Positions 29,076-39,406 of a stretch of 60,167 nucleotides of DNA are shown here, piece by piece. Below the pieces are notes generated by a model, which ran no database searches, was not told the DNA's origin, and saw nothing but the letters and a program-made list of their open reading frames with translations. Numbering within the stretch: position 1 is the first letter of the stretch; every line of letters starts with the position of its first letter. The stretch lies in assembly GCA_949746985.1 (NCBI GenBank), contig CATKDV010000165.1, positions 1 through 60,167 on the forward strand, given 5' to 3'. The position numbers and the translations under genes are program-made. Source of the DNA: an uncultured Eubacteriales bacterium. GTDB taxonomy: Bacteria > Bacillota > Clostridia > Oscillospirales > Oscillospiraceae.

Positions 29076-29804
29076 TCACCCATCCTGCAAAACTCCTTTT
29101 TGCTGAGTTAAGCTTGCCACCTCAGACCTGGAGAGAAAACGCCATTTCCCCTGGATAAGTCCGTCCAAAAGAAGCGGCCCCTCTCGGACCCGGATAAGGC
29201 GTTTTACTTCCAGCCCTGCGATCGCACACATACGCCGCACCTGCCGGTTCTTTCCCTGATGAATGGTCACTGAGAGCTCTCCGCCATCCGCCGTTCGACG
29301 CTTTACCTTCACCTGAGCCGGGGCTAAAAGATCCCCATCCAATTTCAGTGGTCCAGTAAGGATAGGCAATGCCTTTTCCAAATCGCCTGTCACTGTCACG
29401 TGATACTCCTTTTCCAACTCATGGCTGGGATGAAGGACCTGATTTGTTCCCTCGCCGTCATTGGTAAAAAGCAATAATCCCTCCGAATCCAGGTCCAGTC
29501 GTCCTACCGGCCACACCCGGCAGTTACAGCCTTTTACCAACTCCGCCGCCGTTTTCCGCCCCTTTTCATCGCTGAGAGTCGTCACATACCCCCTGGGTTT
29601 ATAGAGCATAAGCCATACCGTCTCTCTGCTTCCGGGCAAGGGAACCCCATCCACCAGCACGGTATCCCGGTCCAGGTCGGCCTTGTCGCCCACTTTGGCC
29701 GCCACTCCATTCACACTCACCCGTCCCGCAGTTATGTATTCCTCTGCCGTCCGCCGGGAACAGATCCCAGCAGCGGAGAGGAGTTTTTGTAATCTTTCCT
29801 CCAT
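29076..29804 (-). CDS. rluB: rRNA pseudouridine synthase (RluB/RsuA family)
   Basis: S4 domain ERLQKLL...SRRTAE, GRLDLDSEGL, GKNRQVRRM; downstream of scpAB. Confidence 0.9.
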   Translation of the reverse strand: MEERLQKLLSAAGICSRRTAEEYITAGRVSVNGVAAKVGDKADLDRDTVLVDGVPLPGSRETVWLMLYKPRGYVTTLSDEKGRKTAAELVKGCNCRVWPVGRLDLDSEGLLLFTNDGEGTNQVLHPSHELEKEYHVTVTGDLEKALPILTGPLKLDGDLLAPAQVKVKRRTADGGELSVTIHQGKNRQVRRMCAIAGLEVKRLIRVREGPLLLDGLIQGKWRFLSRSEVASLTQQKGVLQDG

Positions 29805-29809
29805 CCGAC

Positions 29810-30955
29810 TCACTCCATTTTCAACCAAAGCGCAGCAAGGCAGGTCTTCTCTCCCTCTCCCCCACGAAGCAGATCTTTCATTTGTTGAAACAGCGTCGGT
29901 CTGGCCGTATCCCTCGGAATATCCGCTGTGTAGAGCAGGTACGTCTCTCCAATCACAGTCTCTCCGTTCAGGAAGGTCAGCTTTCCGGCAATCGCTCCTT
30001 TTTTAACAGGAGCCTCCACTGTCTTAGGCAAAGTGATCTCAGCCCGAACCCGTTCTGTCTGTCCCAGTGGATAGACCACATCCGTTGAAGTCTCCACCTC
30101 CACCTGTGGAACTATGCTTCCAGTCACCGGCAGAGAACGAAATACCTTATTTTTTCTGGCCAGAGGATGGGCAGACCAGTTTTGGAAGCCATAGTCAAAG
30201 AGGGCAGCATGATCAGACCAGTCGTCCCGATCTTTCAATGTCACACAGATCAGGGTCTGCCCATTTCGGACGGCACAAGACACCAGAGTTCGCCCCGCCG
30301 CATCAGTGTAGCCCGTCTTCATGCCCATACAGCCCTCATAACGCCATAAAAGCTTATTGTGGTTGGTCAGACTTCGTCCCGCTACTGTGATAGATCTGGT
30401 AGCCACCATCTCCCGCAGCGTCTCATTTCTCAATACGGCCTGAGCGAGCAGAGCCATGTCGTAGGCAGTGGAGTAGTGCTCCTCATCATCTAAGCCATTG
30501 GGGTTGGCAAAATGAGAGTCCTCCATGCCCAGATCGGCCGCCCACTCGTTCATCCAGTCAACAAAGGTTGCCACCTCTCCGGCGCAACCCCCGGCAATGG
30601 CTAAGGCCGCATCATTCCCTGAGGCGAGCAGAAGTCCGTAGAGAAGCTCCTCCAGGGTCAGCTCCTCCCCCACCTTCAGATACATAGAAGAGCCCTCTGC
30701 CTGGTATTCCGGCTTCACCATAATGATTTTATCCAGATGCGGAGTGGATTCCAGCGCTACCAGAGCAGTCATCAGTTTTGTCGTACTGGCGATCAGTCGC
30801 TTTGAATGGGCGTCTTTTTCATAAAGGACCCGTCCACTCGCGGCATCTACCAGAATGGCTGACTCCGCTGAAATAGCTGGGGGAGCCATCTCCTTTCCAT
30901 AACAACTGGGGCAAAAGAGCGCCAATACCGCTAAGACTACCAGCAGTCGCTTCAT
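29810..30955 (-). CDS. D-alanyl-D-alanine carboxypeptidase (S11, DacB/DacF-like)
   Basis: Signal peptide, STTK, SGND, KTG motifs. Confidence 0.93.
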   Translation of the reverse strand: MKRLLVVLAVLALFCPSCYGKEMAPPAISAESAILVDAASGRVLYEKDAHSKRLIASTTKLMTALVALESTPHLDKIIMVKPEYQAEGSSMYLKVGEELTLEELLYGLLLASGNDAALAIAGGCAGEVATFVDWMNEWAADLGMEDSHFANPNGLDDEEHYSTAYDMALLAQAVLRNETLREMVATRSITVAGRSLTNHNKLLWRYEGCMGMKTGYTDAAGRTLVSCAVRNGQTLICVTLKDRDDWSDHAALFDYGFQNWSAHPLARKNKVFRSLPVTGSIVPQVEVETSTDVVYPLGQTERVRAEITLPKTVEAPVKKGAIAGKLTFLNGETVIGETYLLYTADIPRDTARPTLFQQMKDLLRGGEGEKTCLAALWLKME

Positions 30956-30989
30956 ATAACACTACCTCACAACAATATAGAGATAGTGC

Positions 30990-31019
30990 TATTATGTGCC
31001 TCAGAAGCTCTCGTTATCC
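30990..31019 (-). promoter_or_regulatory. Putative forespore sigma-G/F promoter for the carboxypeptidase
   Basis: GGATA-N18-CATAATA, matching GNATA-N18-CATAcTA. Confidence 0.45.
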
Positions 31020-31405
31020 TTCTTTTCCTGCTGCTTTTCCACAAAATTGGTGATCTTGTCCACAACTTCGGGCACCATATCAATGGCCCGGTCAATGGCG
31101 CCGCCGGGAGGAGGCATCACAGGCAGCAGGCGAACAGTATCTCCCCGAACAACTAAAAAGGCAATGGGATCCATGTTGATCCCCGCGCCGCTTCCGCCAC
31201 CAAAGGCGTTGTCTGCACCGGGCTTCTGATTTTTGGAGGCAAAGTCACTTCCGCCCACCCCTACGCCAAGGCTGACGCGGGATACAGGGATGATGGTGAC
31301 CTCCCCGGTCTCGATAGGTTGCCCCACCACGGCATTCACATCAGCCATAGCCTTGATCTTTTCCATGCTCGCGCTCATTAGTTCGTTCAGGGGATGTTCT
31401 CTCAT
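31001..31405 (-). CDS. ytfJ: GerW/YtfJ family sporulation protein
   Basis: VVGQPI, IIPVSRVSLGVGVGG, FGGGSGAG...PIAFLVV. Confidence 0.92.
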   Translation of the reverse strand: MREHPLNELMSASMEKIKAMADVNAVVGQPIETGEVTIIPVSRVSLGVGVGGSDFASKNQKPGADNAFGGGSGAGINMDPIAFLVVRGDTVRLLPVMPPPGGAIDRAIDMVPEVVDKITNFVEKQQEKKDNESF

Positions 31406-31406
31406 G

Positions 31407-32012
31407 TCAGATCGCCTCTTTCTGCGTTTTTGTGGGAAGCTTGCTTTTTTGATAGGCCTTAAAAAATTTCCATCCAAACCGCAGGGCAAAGCTGATAAGC
31501 TGGCCCAAACGGAGGGAAAGGGCGGCATTGATATAAATGGTAGGAACCGGGGTATTGAACTCTATCCGAGTGCAAAGCCGGGGATCCCTGACCTCAAAAT
31601 TCTGCTCGATCAAGGGCCAAAGCATACCAATGGCCATGTTGGCGTATCCATAGGCCATAGCCGTCTTTGCGGCGTTGTCTGTGGCGATGGTCAGATCCAG
31701 ATAGAGAGTATCCACTCGGATCTTTCGCTTTAGCTCTCCCGCCGCCTCGCATATCAAGGGAAGATACCGCTTTACCAAGTCCAGCGGGCCGCCCCGTTCC
31801 AGCTTTGGCTCCTGCGTAGGCGTCTCCTTTTGGGGGTTCGGGCTCTTTTCTTTCTTCTTTTTTTCCCTTGGATAAACCAGAAAAGAAAAGGCGCCGAAGC
31901 GGACGCGCACATATAGTCCGTCTTGGCTGTACTTGACCCCACCCCCCAACCGAACCAGGCTAAGAAGAAACAGGGACAGAACCACTCCGGCCAATATCGT
32001 AAGCCCGGTCAT
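31407..32012 (-). CDS. DUF2953 (YtfI-like) membrane-anchored protein
   Basis: N-terminal TM, DNAAKTAMAYG motif, directly upstream of ytfJ. Confidence 0.8.
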   Translation of the reverse strand: MTGLTILAGVVLSLFLLSLVRLGGGVKYSQDGLYVRVRFGAFSFLVYPREKKKKEKSPNPQKETPTQEPKLERGGPLDLVKRYLPLICEAAGELKRKIRVDTLYLDLTIATDNAAKTAMAYGYANMAIGMLWPLIEQNFEVRDPRLCTRIEFNTPVPTIYINAALSLRLGQLISFALRFGWKFFKAYQKSKLPTKTQKEAI

Positions 32013-32713
32013 TCTTCCGGCTCCAAGGCTTCGCCGGCCTCCTCCCGCTCTGCCAGTTCTCGGGCGGCGGCCTCTAATTCCTCATCGGAGATGGGGAGCT
32101 CTTCCTCCCCCATTTGTTCCTCAAGACGCTTTTTCTCCTCCGCCTCTTGAAGTCGGGCGATATTTTCCTGCATGTCTAAAGTGATCTGTTCATCCTCAGT
32201 CGAAGCATTTGGCAGGTCGGGCAGTTCTTCCAAACTCGAAAGTCCAAAGGACCGAAGGAAATTTTGAGTTGTGCGGTACAGGATCGGCCTGCCGGGCACC
32301 GCCAAACGTCCACATTCCTCGATCAGCTCCCGCTCTGTCAAAAGTCCTACCGTATAAGAACTATCTACTCCACGGATCTGATCCACATAAGCCTTGGTGG
32401 TTGGCTGATAATAAGCGATAATGGCCAGTACCTCCAGGGCTGGTTGGCTTAAGCGGGCTGGCTTCCGGCTTTCAAACGCTTTGCGGATATAGTCGGCATA
32501 CTCCGGGGCCGAACAAAGCTGGTAGCAGCTTTCCAGCTTCACCAACCTGATCCCCCTCCGCTCATAGCTGTACTGGTCTGCCAACCGCTGGCAGACAGCG
32601 TCGGCCGTCTCCCGATCTATATCCAGGGTCATGCACAGCCGCTCTACTCCCACCGGTTCTCCCGCGGCAAAAAGGATCCCCTCAATGGCGGATTCTACTT
32701 CCTTCAACTCCAC
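32009..32713 (-). CDS. scpB: SMC-Scp complex subunit ScpB
   Basis: IEGILFAAG, LSQPALEVLAIIAYYQP, IRGVDS, FLRSFGL. Confidence 0.96.
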   Translation of the reverse strand: MELKEVESAIEGILFAAGEPVGVERLCMTLDIDRETADAVCQRLADQYSYERRGIRLVKLESCYQLCSAPEYADYIRKAFESRKPARLSQPALEVLAIIAYYQPTTKAYVDQIRGVDSSYTVGLLTERELIEECGRLAVPGRPILYRTTQNFLRSFGLSSLEELPDLPNASTEDEQITLDMQENIARLQEAEEKKRLEEQMGEEELPISDEELEAAARELAEREEAGEALEPEE

Positions 32714-32737
32714 AGACGGCTTCCCCCCTTCTTAATT

Positions 32738-33535
32738 TTAGTATGTGTCAGCAGAGAATTCAAAATCTTCATCTCCGCCGCCGATACTGGTAACCGTACA
32801 GTCAGTCTCCGTCCCTGCCAAACGGAGCCGTCGTGCCTTGCACAACTCCAACACCGCCAGAAAGGTAGCGACAATTTCTGACCGGCTCCGATTGCCGTGA
32901 AACAGAGCGTGGAACCGGGTAACTCCAAAGCGCTGGAGCCGCTCCAATATCTCTCCCGCCTTGTCGCTCACCGGATAGGGTTCCCGTCCCACAATGCCCT
33001 CAAAGGCCGCCATAGGAGGCGGCAAATGATTGTCAACCCGCTCCATGGCGGCAGCTATGGCATGAAGCAGATCCTCCGACTTATGGCTATAGCGATATAT
33101 TTTATTGATGGGCAGATGCTCAGGAACCTTCGTAATATAGTCCCGTCCAATGTCATAACGGTCAGAGAGTTGTGGTACCACCGCTTGGACCCGGGCGTAA
33201 TTCTCATGGCGTTGATGCTCTTCCAGGGAGGCGATCAATTGATCCAATTCGCTGATTGCCTCCTCATCGTGGATGGACAGAAGCATCCGGCTTTTGATAA
33301 ACATCAGTTGAGACGCCATGGTGATAAATTCGCTGGCTACCTCCAAATCCAAGGCCCGCCGCTTTTCGATCCAAGCCATGTATTGATCCAGTATCAAAGA
33401 TATTTGAATATCCTGGATCTCCATTTTGTTTTTCGCCAGCAGACTTAAGATAAGGTCAAGAGGGCCATTAAAGTCCTCCATATCGTCAGCCTTAGCTCGA
33501 ACCACCTTCTCCAGGTGGTAGATGGGACTGTCCAA
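32738..33535 (-). CDS. scpA: Segregation/condensation protein A
   Basis: FNGPLDLIL, IKSRMLL, TFLAVLEL. Confidence 0.95.
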   Translation of the reverse strand: MDSPIYHLEKVVRAKADDMEDFNGPLDLILSLLAKNKMEIQDIQISLILDQYMAWIEKRRALDLEVASEFITMASQLMFIKSRMLLSIHDEEAISELDQLIASLEEHQRHENYARVQAVVPQLSDRYDIGRDYITKVPEHLPINKIYRYSHKSEDLLHAIAAAMERVDNHLPPPMAAFEGIVGREPYPVSDKAGEILERLQRFGVTRFHALFHGNRSRSEIVATFLAVLELCKARRLRLAGTETDCTVTSIGGGDEDFEFSADTY

Positions 33536-33550
33536 GCTCTCTCCCTCCCC

Positions 33551-34231
33551 TCAAAAGCCAAAATAATATTGTAGCAGGACAAAGGGAAACCGGGTCAGAG
33601 CGCACAAACCCCGCAGGGTCCCTCCGATGCAGAAATCCAACGGCTTCGAAAAAACACCCAGCCAAGCCAGGATCAGCACCAGAAATCTTATATACCGTTC
33701 ATAATAAAGCATACTACGGTATAACTTGTCCGGCAACACAGCGTAGAATATCTTGGACCCGTCCAACGGTGGAATCGGGATCAGGTTAAAAAGGCCCAAT
33801 CCTACACTGAGCACCGCCGTATAACATAAAAACAATAAAATATAGGCTACTGCAGTCGTATCTGGTCCAAACCAGTATAACACAGATCCGCTCCCCAGAA
33901 TGACTAAAGCCATCAGAAAGTTGGATATAGGACCAGCCAACGCTGTGAGCGCCATCCCCTTTTTGGGGTTCTTGAAATACCGCATATCCACAGGCACCGG
34001 CTTTGCCCATCCCACATGGGCCACTATCATCATGGCAAGACCTATAATATCGATGTGCTTTAAGGGATTCAATATCAATCTTCCGGCATTTTTCGCGGTG
34101 GGATCTCCCAATCGACAGGCCACATAACCATGGGACAGCTCATGAACGGTAATACAGGCCAGGGACGCCACCACAGACATCAGCAGCATCAGCATACCGC
34201 GCCAGTCCCAATTGTTCCAAAATTCAGACAT
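33551..34231 (-). CDS. Site-2 protease (M50, YwhC-like)
   Basis: HELSH, GDPT, GWAKPVP, FNLIPIPPLDG. Confidence 0.93.
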   Translation of the reverse strand: MSEFWNNWDWRGMLMLLMSVVASLACITVHELSHGYVACRLGDPTAKNAGRLILNPLKHIDIIGLAMMIVAHVGWAKPVPVDMRYFKNPKKGMALTALAGPISNFLMALVILGSGSVLYWFGPDTTAVAYILLFLCYTAVLSVGLGLFNLIPIPPLDGSKIFYAVLPDKLYRSMLYYERYIRFLVLILAWLGVFSKPLDFCIGGTLRGLCALTRFPFVLLQYYFGF

Positions 34232-34391
34232 ATGCCCTGGCGCCTCCCATCAGAAATTCATAGAGATAATATTATATCAAATTTTTCCGCTGTACACAAG
34301 CGGCAGAAATTCTGTTTCCCGTCCACTTGTGCCGTACTCCTAACTGCATAAATGAAAAAATGCCGCCCGCAGAATTGCGGACGGCTTCTTT

Positions 34392-35144
34392 TCATACAAT
34401 GTGGTTCCGTAATATTCCGATACCTTTGATCTCCACCTCTACTAAATCTCCGGGCTTCATCGGGCCTACTCCGGCGGGGGTCCCTGTGGTAACTACATCC
34501 CCAGCTTCCAAGGTCATGGAGGCCGTGATGAAGGCGAAAAGCTCAGGCAGCTTAGTCATAAAAAGATCCGTATTGGCTTTCTGGCGAGTCTCCCCATTCA
34601 AACGAGTCTCGATATCCACATGTCCACCGTCGACTTCATCCGTGACGATCGGTCCAATGGGACAGAAGCCGTCCATTCCTTTGCCGCGCGTCCATTGTCC
34701 GTCCCCATACTGTATGTCCCGGGCCGTCACATCATTGAGGCAGGTATATCCTAAAATATAATCCGCAAAGTGCTCTTCCTTTACATCCTTTGCGCGCCTT
34801 TTCACCACAAAGGCCAGCTCCCCCTCATAGTCCAACCGCTCTACAAAGGCTGGCGCATGGATCTTTCCCTCCGGATGGTTCAGGGTGTTAAGAGCTTTAA
34901 TAAACAGGATCGGTTTTTCGGGTACCGCACCGCCAAACTCTTTCACATGATCAAAATAGTTTTTACCCACACAGACAATCTTAGTGGGCTCGCAAGGCGC
35001 TAATAGCTCACAGTCCTTTAACGGCAAGCTTTTCCCGTCATATTTGACACTCTCAAAAGGGGCGTGGGACAGTGTCCGGACACTCTCGCCTTCCACCACC
35101 CCCCAAACCGGAGTATTTTCCAAAAGAATACGAACAAATTTCAT
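34392..35144 (-). CDS. Fumarylacetoacetate hydrolase family protein
   Basis: KIVCVGKNY, DYEGEL, NDVTARD, TGTPAGVG. Confidence 0.93.
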   Translation of the reverse strand: MKFVRILLENTPVWGVVEGESVRTLSHAPFESVKYDGKSLPLKDCELLAPCEPTKIVCVGKNYFDHVKEFGGAVPEKPILFIKALNTLNHPEGKIHAPAFVERLDYEGELAFVVKRRAKDVKEEHFADYILGYTCLNDVTARDIQYGDGQWTRGKGMDGFCPIGPIVTDEVDGGHVDIETRLNGETRQKANTDLFMTKLPELFAFITASMTLEAGDVVTTGTPAGVGPMKPGDLVEVEIKGIGILRNHIV

Positions 35145-35740
35145 ATATTCCCCTCCAAATGATCTAAAATCAACCGTAAAAGTTCCTCCCGCCCGGATCC
35201 TTTTTCTGCTGAAAAGGGAATTAGCTTTACAGTTTTTGACAGTTTTAATACCTCCTGGATCAAGGCCATATTGGGCTCGATCTCGCTTTTCTTCAACTTA
35301 TCCAGCTTATTAGCAACCACAACCCAAGGCCGCTCAGCTGATCTAAAATAATCCGCCATTCTTTGATCATCCGCCGTAGGTCTATGTCGGGCATCTACAA
35401 TAAGGACCCCCAGCGTCATAAGATCCGGATCGTCAAACCAGCTTTGAATAAGTCCCGCCCAGCGGGCTTTTTCCTGCTGTGACACCTTGGCATAGCCATA
35501 TCCCGGCAAGTCTACCAGATATAGTTTTTCGTCGATACAAAAGTAGTTGATATGGGTGGTCTTTCCCGGTGCTGAGCCTACTCTGGCAAAATTTTTTCGA
35601 TTCAGCAATCGATTAATAACCGAGGATTTTCCCACATTGGATCGCCCCGCGAAGGCCACCTGTGGCAAAGAATCACGAGGAAAATCCTTTGATCCTGCTG
35701 CGGATCGGACAAACTCTGCCCGCTGTATATTCAGTGTCAT
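35141..35740 (-). CDS. yihA: Ribosome biogenesis GTPase YihA/YsxC
   Basis: GRSNVGKSS, PGKT, DLPGYG, NKLD. Confidence 0.96.
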   Translation of the reverse strand: MTLNIQRAEFVRSAAGSKDFPRDSLPQVAFAGRSNVGKSSVINRLLNRKNFARVGSAPGKTTHINYFCIDEKLYLVDLPGYGYAKVSQQEKARWAGLIQSWFDDPDLMTLGVLIVDARHRPTADDQRMADYFRSAERPWVVVANKLDKLKKSEIEPNMALIQEVLKLSKTVKLIPFSAEKGSGREELLRLILDHLEGNI

Positions 35741-35805
35741 AGGTCACCTCCATAGTATTTTCAATACGAAACCGGGGCAGGGTCTCCCCCGCCCCAAACG
35801 TTTCT

Positions 35806-37122
35806 TTATGATGCGGTATCCCGCATAGACATTTGCCCCGGAGCTGTCCTGGACGCCTCTCCGCCCAAACGGGGTCGATCCATTTTCTCCCGATCATGGC
35901 AGAGTTCGGGAGCCACTCCCCTCTCCACGCTCTCTTTGGTGATGACTACCTTGGAGATGGTCGGATCAGACGGCACATCGTACATGGTGTGGGTCATCAC
36001 TTCCTCCAGTACCGCGCGGAGGCCACGGGCTCCGATACCTCGTTCCAAAGCCTTGTCGGCAGCAGCTGCCAAGGCTTCCGGTCGGAACTCCAGCTTTACG
36101 TCATCATACTCCATCAGCTTTTGGTACTGGCGTACCAGAGCGTTCTTGGGTTCGGTCAAAATACGGACAAGCTGCTCCCGATCCAGGGAGTTCAGGGAAG
36201 CCACCATCGGTAACCGGCCCACCAACTCAGGAATGATTCCAAACTGCATCAAATCATGGGGCTGAACCTGAGCAAAGAGCTCCCCGGTATTTCGGTCCTT
36301 CCTACTCTTGATCTCAGCTCCAAAGCCCATACTCTTCTTATCCAATCGCTTTTCAATGATTTTATCCAAACCATCAAAAGCGCCACCACATATGAAGAGG
36401 ATATTGCGTGTATCGATTTGAATAAACTCCTGGTGAGGATGCTTCCGTCCTCCCTGGGGAGGAACATTGGCCACAGTACCTTCCAAGATCTTTAAAAGAG
36501 CCTGCTGAACGCCTTCACCGGACACATCCCGGGTAATGGAGGTATTCTCGCTCTTCCGCGCGATCTTATCTACCTCATCCACATAGATAATACCCCGCTC
36601 CGCCAATTCCACGTCGTAGTCGGCAGCCTGGACCAGCCGAAGGAGGATATTCTCCACATCGTCGCCCACGTAGCCTGCTTCAGTGAGGGTGGTGGCATCG
36701 GCAATGGCAAAGGGCACCTTCAGCACCTTGGCCAGGGTCTGGGCAAAAAGGGTCTTGCCGCAGCCAGTCGGCCCAATGAGCAGGATATTGCTTTTCTGAA
36801 GCTCCACATCCTCCCCACCGCCGAAGTAAATGCGTTTATAATGGTTATATACCGCTACCGAGAGAGCCACTTTGGCCTCCTCCTGCCCAATAATATACTG
36901 ATCCAGTACCTTGTGGATCTCTTTGGGAGTCGGAATCGCGTCGGGTGTATCTTGTCCAAAGGCCTCCGGGCCTTCTTCTGCGTCCTCCAGGATGGACATG
37001 CACAGGTGGACACACTCATTACAGATATAAGCTCTGGGTCCTGCAATAATTCGGGAGACCTGCTCCTGATTCTTGCCACAGAAGGAACAGTGAACAGACT
37101 TTTGCTCGTCGTTTTTCGGCAT
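35806..37122 (-). CDS. clpX: Clp protease ATPase subunit
   Basis: CSFC...CNEC Zn finger, [18 protein letters not shown]. Confidence 0.98.
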   Translation of the reverse strand: MPKNDEQKSVHCSFCGKNQEQVSRIIAGPRAYICNECVHLCMSILEDAEEGPEAFGQDTPDAIPTPKEIHKVLDQYIIGQEEAKVALSVAVYNHYKRIYFGGGEDVELQKSNILLIGPTGCGKTLFAQTLAKVLKVPFAIADATTLTEAGYVGDDVENILLRLVQAADYDVELAERGIIYVDEVDKIARKSENTSITRDVSGEGVQQALLKILEGTVANVPPQGGRKHPHQEFIQIDTRNILFICGGAFDGLDKIIEKRLDKKSMGFGAEIKSRKDRNTGELFAQVQPHDLMQFGIIPELVGRLPMVASLNSLDREQLVRILTEPKNALVRQYQKLMEYDDVKLEFRPEALAAAADKALERGIGARGLRAVLEEVMTHTMYDVPSDPTISKVVITKESVERGVAPELCHDREKMDRPRLGGEASRTAPGQMSMRDTAS

Positions 37123-37159
37123 ATTGGCTCTCCTCCGTCATGAGGTCTTAGGCACAAAA

Positions 37160-37181
37160 GAGCGGGGCTAAGGCCCCGCTC
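37160..37181 (-). terminator. Hairpin/terminator between clpP and clpX
   Basis: GAGCGGGGC-N4-GCCCCGCTC followed by TTTT on the minus strand. Confidence 0.6.
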
Positions 37182-37190
37182 CCTGCGGTT

Positions 37191-37772
37191 TTAGCGCTGA
37201 TAAATGATCTTATCGATGAGACCAAACTCCTTGGCCTCCTCCACAGACATAAAGTTGTCCCGCTCACAGGCAGCGGTGACCTCCTCTACAGACTTACCAG
37301 TGTTCCCTGCCAGGATCTGGTTCATCTTTTTCTTGATGACCTCCAACCGCTTCAGGTGAATGGCCATATCCGTGATCTGTCCCTGGGTCCCGGCAGAAGG
37401 CTGATGGATCATGATCTCCGCATTGGGAAGAGCCAGCCGCTTTCCCTTGGCACCGGAGGATAATAGAAAGGCGCCCATGGAAGCTGCCATACCCACACAG
37501 ATAGTAGACACGTCACACTTGATATACTGCATGGTGTCATAGATAGCCATGCCATCAGTGACCGACCCGCCAGGACTGTTGATGTAGAATTGGATCTCCT
37601 TATCAGGATCCTGGGCCTCCAAATAGAGAAGCTGCGCCACTATAAGGCTGGCAGTAGTGGCATTTACCTCTTCTCCCAGAAAGATAATGCGGTCATTGAG
37701 CAGCCGGGAAAAAATGTCATAGGAACGCTCGCCCCGGCTGGTTTGCTCTACTACATAAGGGACTAAACTCAT
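37191..37772 (-). CDS. clpP: Clp protease proteolytic subunit
   Basis: [25 protein letters not shown]. Confidence 0.98.
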   Translation of the reverse strand: MSLVPYVVEQTSRGERSYDIFSRLLNDRIIFLGEEVNATTASLIVAQLLYLEAQDPDKEIQFYINSPGGSVTDGMAIYDTMQYIKCDVSTICVGMAASMGAFLLSSGAKGKRLALPNAEIMIHQPSAGTQGQITDMAIHLKRLEVIKKKMNQILAGNTGKSVEEVTAACERDNFMSVEEAKEFGLIDKIIYQR

Positions 37773-37846
37773 ATTTTTGCTCTCCTTTACCGATTTGACA
37801 CATGAAAATACTCACACACATTCCAGTATTCCCATCCCACCCCGGC

Positions 37847-39313
37847 TCATTCCTCAGTCTTTTCCTTTTTTGCGGTCTTTTTTGCCTCAGCTTTCTTCTC
37901 CTCGGCCTTGGTTGCCGCTTTCTTTGCAGCAGGCTTCTTCTCCTCTGTTTTTGCGGCAGACTTCTTTGCTGTGGGTTTCTTTTCCCCCGCCTCATCCTTC
38001 TTTTCTGTCTTCTTGACCGCCGCCTTCTTTGCAGGAGCTTTACCTACCTTGGCAGAATCAAAGACCACACTGGCGGCCTTTTGATTCCGAAGGTCCTTCT
38101 TCAGATCGCCCATCGGCACGATCTTCTTGACCTCCTCAGGCTTCATTCCATACTGCTCTCCCAGTCGCTGACACTCAGCGTCGACATCGGCATCAGTGAC
38201 CTCCAATTTCTCCGCCTCAGCAATGGCTCCCAGGGCCAAGTCAGTCTTCACCTGGCGAAGGGCCCCCTCTGCGGCTTGTGCCTTCAGAATATCCACCGTC
38301 ATGCCGGTCATAGCCAAATACTGCTCAAAGGAAATACCCTGGCTGGTGATACGCTGACTGTATTCCTCGATCATCTGCTGGGCCCGGGCATCTACCATAG
38401 GGTCAGGAATCTCCACTGTCATATTCTCTGTAACCTGATCCAAGAGGGCCTCCTCAAATGCACTTTGAGCCTGCTTCTCCCTGCGCTGAGCCAACTTGTC
38501 GCCCAGATCCTTCCGAAGGTCGGCCAAGGTCTCAAACTCGGATACATCCTTGGCAAACTCATCGTCCAGCTTGGGCTCCACCTTCTCCTTGACGGCGTGG
38601 ACCTTCACCTTGAATGTAGCCTCTTTACCAGCCAGTTCCTCAGCGCCGTAGTCGGCGGGGAAAGTGACAACCACATCCTTCTCAGCCTCGGCCTTCACGC
38701 CGATAAGCTGATCTTCAAAGCCGGGGATAAAGCTGCCGGAGCCCAGCTCCAGGTCATGGTTCTCCCCCTTGCCGCCATCAAAGGCCTTGCCATTCATAAA
38801 GCCCTCAAAGTCGATGGTAACGGTATCGCCCTTCTTGGCCTTCCGGTCCACATCCACCATGCGGGTCGCGCGGCTGATATAGGGCGTCAGCTCCCCATCG
38901 ACGTCCTTGTCCGTGACCTTCACCTCATCCTTGGGAGCGGTGAGGCCCTTATACTTGCCCAGCTTCACCTCTGGGCGCACCGCGACAGTAGCTTTAAAGC
39001 TAAAGCCGTCCTTTTCCAATTCCAGCAGCTCCACATCGGGGTAGGCCACAGTGTCCAGCTTCTCCTGCTCCACCGCCTGGGCGAAGAGGTCGGGATAGAT
39101 CTCGTTCACCGCATCCTCCCAGAATACCTGAGCACCATACATAGTCTCAATGATCTTCCGGGGGGCGTGACCCTTCCGAAAACCAGGGACCTGGATCCGG
39201 CCCCGCATTTTCTTATAGACCTTGTCGATGGCGGCCTCAAATTCCTGGGCGTTGGCCTCAATGGTCAGGGCCACCATACTCTTTTCCAATTTTTCAACGC
39301 TCTTCACTTTCAT
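37847..39313 (-). CDS. tig: Trigger factor with Lys/Ala-rich C-terminal tail
   Basis: VPGFRKGH ribosome-binding motif, FKBP domain (GSGSFIPGFE). Confidence 0.97.
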   Translation of the reverse strand: MKVKSVEKLEKSMVALTIEANAQEFEAAIDKVYKKMRGRIQVPGFRKGHAPRKIIETMYGAQVFWEDAVNEIYPDLFAQAVEQEKLDTVAYPDVELLELEKDGFSFKATVAVRPEVKLGKYKGLTAPKDEVKVTDKDVDGELTPYISRATRMVDVDRKAKKGDTVTIDFEGFMNGKAFDGGKGENHDLELGSGSFIPGFEDQLIGVKAEAEKDVVVTFPADYGAEELAGKEATFKVKVHAVKEKVEPKLDDEFAKDVSEFETLADLRKDLGDKLAQRREKQAQSAFEEALLDQVTENMTVEIPDPMVDARAQQMIEEYSQRITSQGISFEQYLAMTGMTVDILKAQAAEGALRQVKTDLALGAIAEAEKLEVTDADVDAECQRLGEQYGMKPEEVKKIVPMGDLKKDLRNQKAASVVFDSAKVGKAPAKKAAVKKTEKKDEAGEKKPTAKKSAAKTEEKKPAAKKAATKAEEKKAEAKKTAKKEKTEE

Positions 39314-39406
39314 GTCTTGTTTCCTCCTGTCAGCGCCGCGGGCCGCTCTCTCTATGATTGTCCGGCGGCGCCACGCGATATCCTGTTTATTGTATCAGGG
39401 ATAGCT

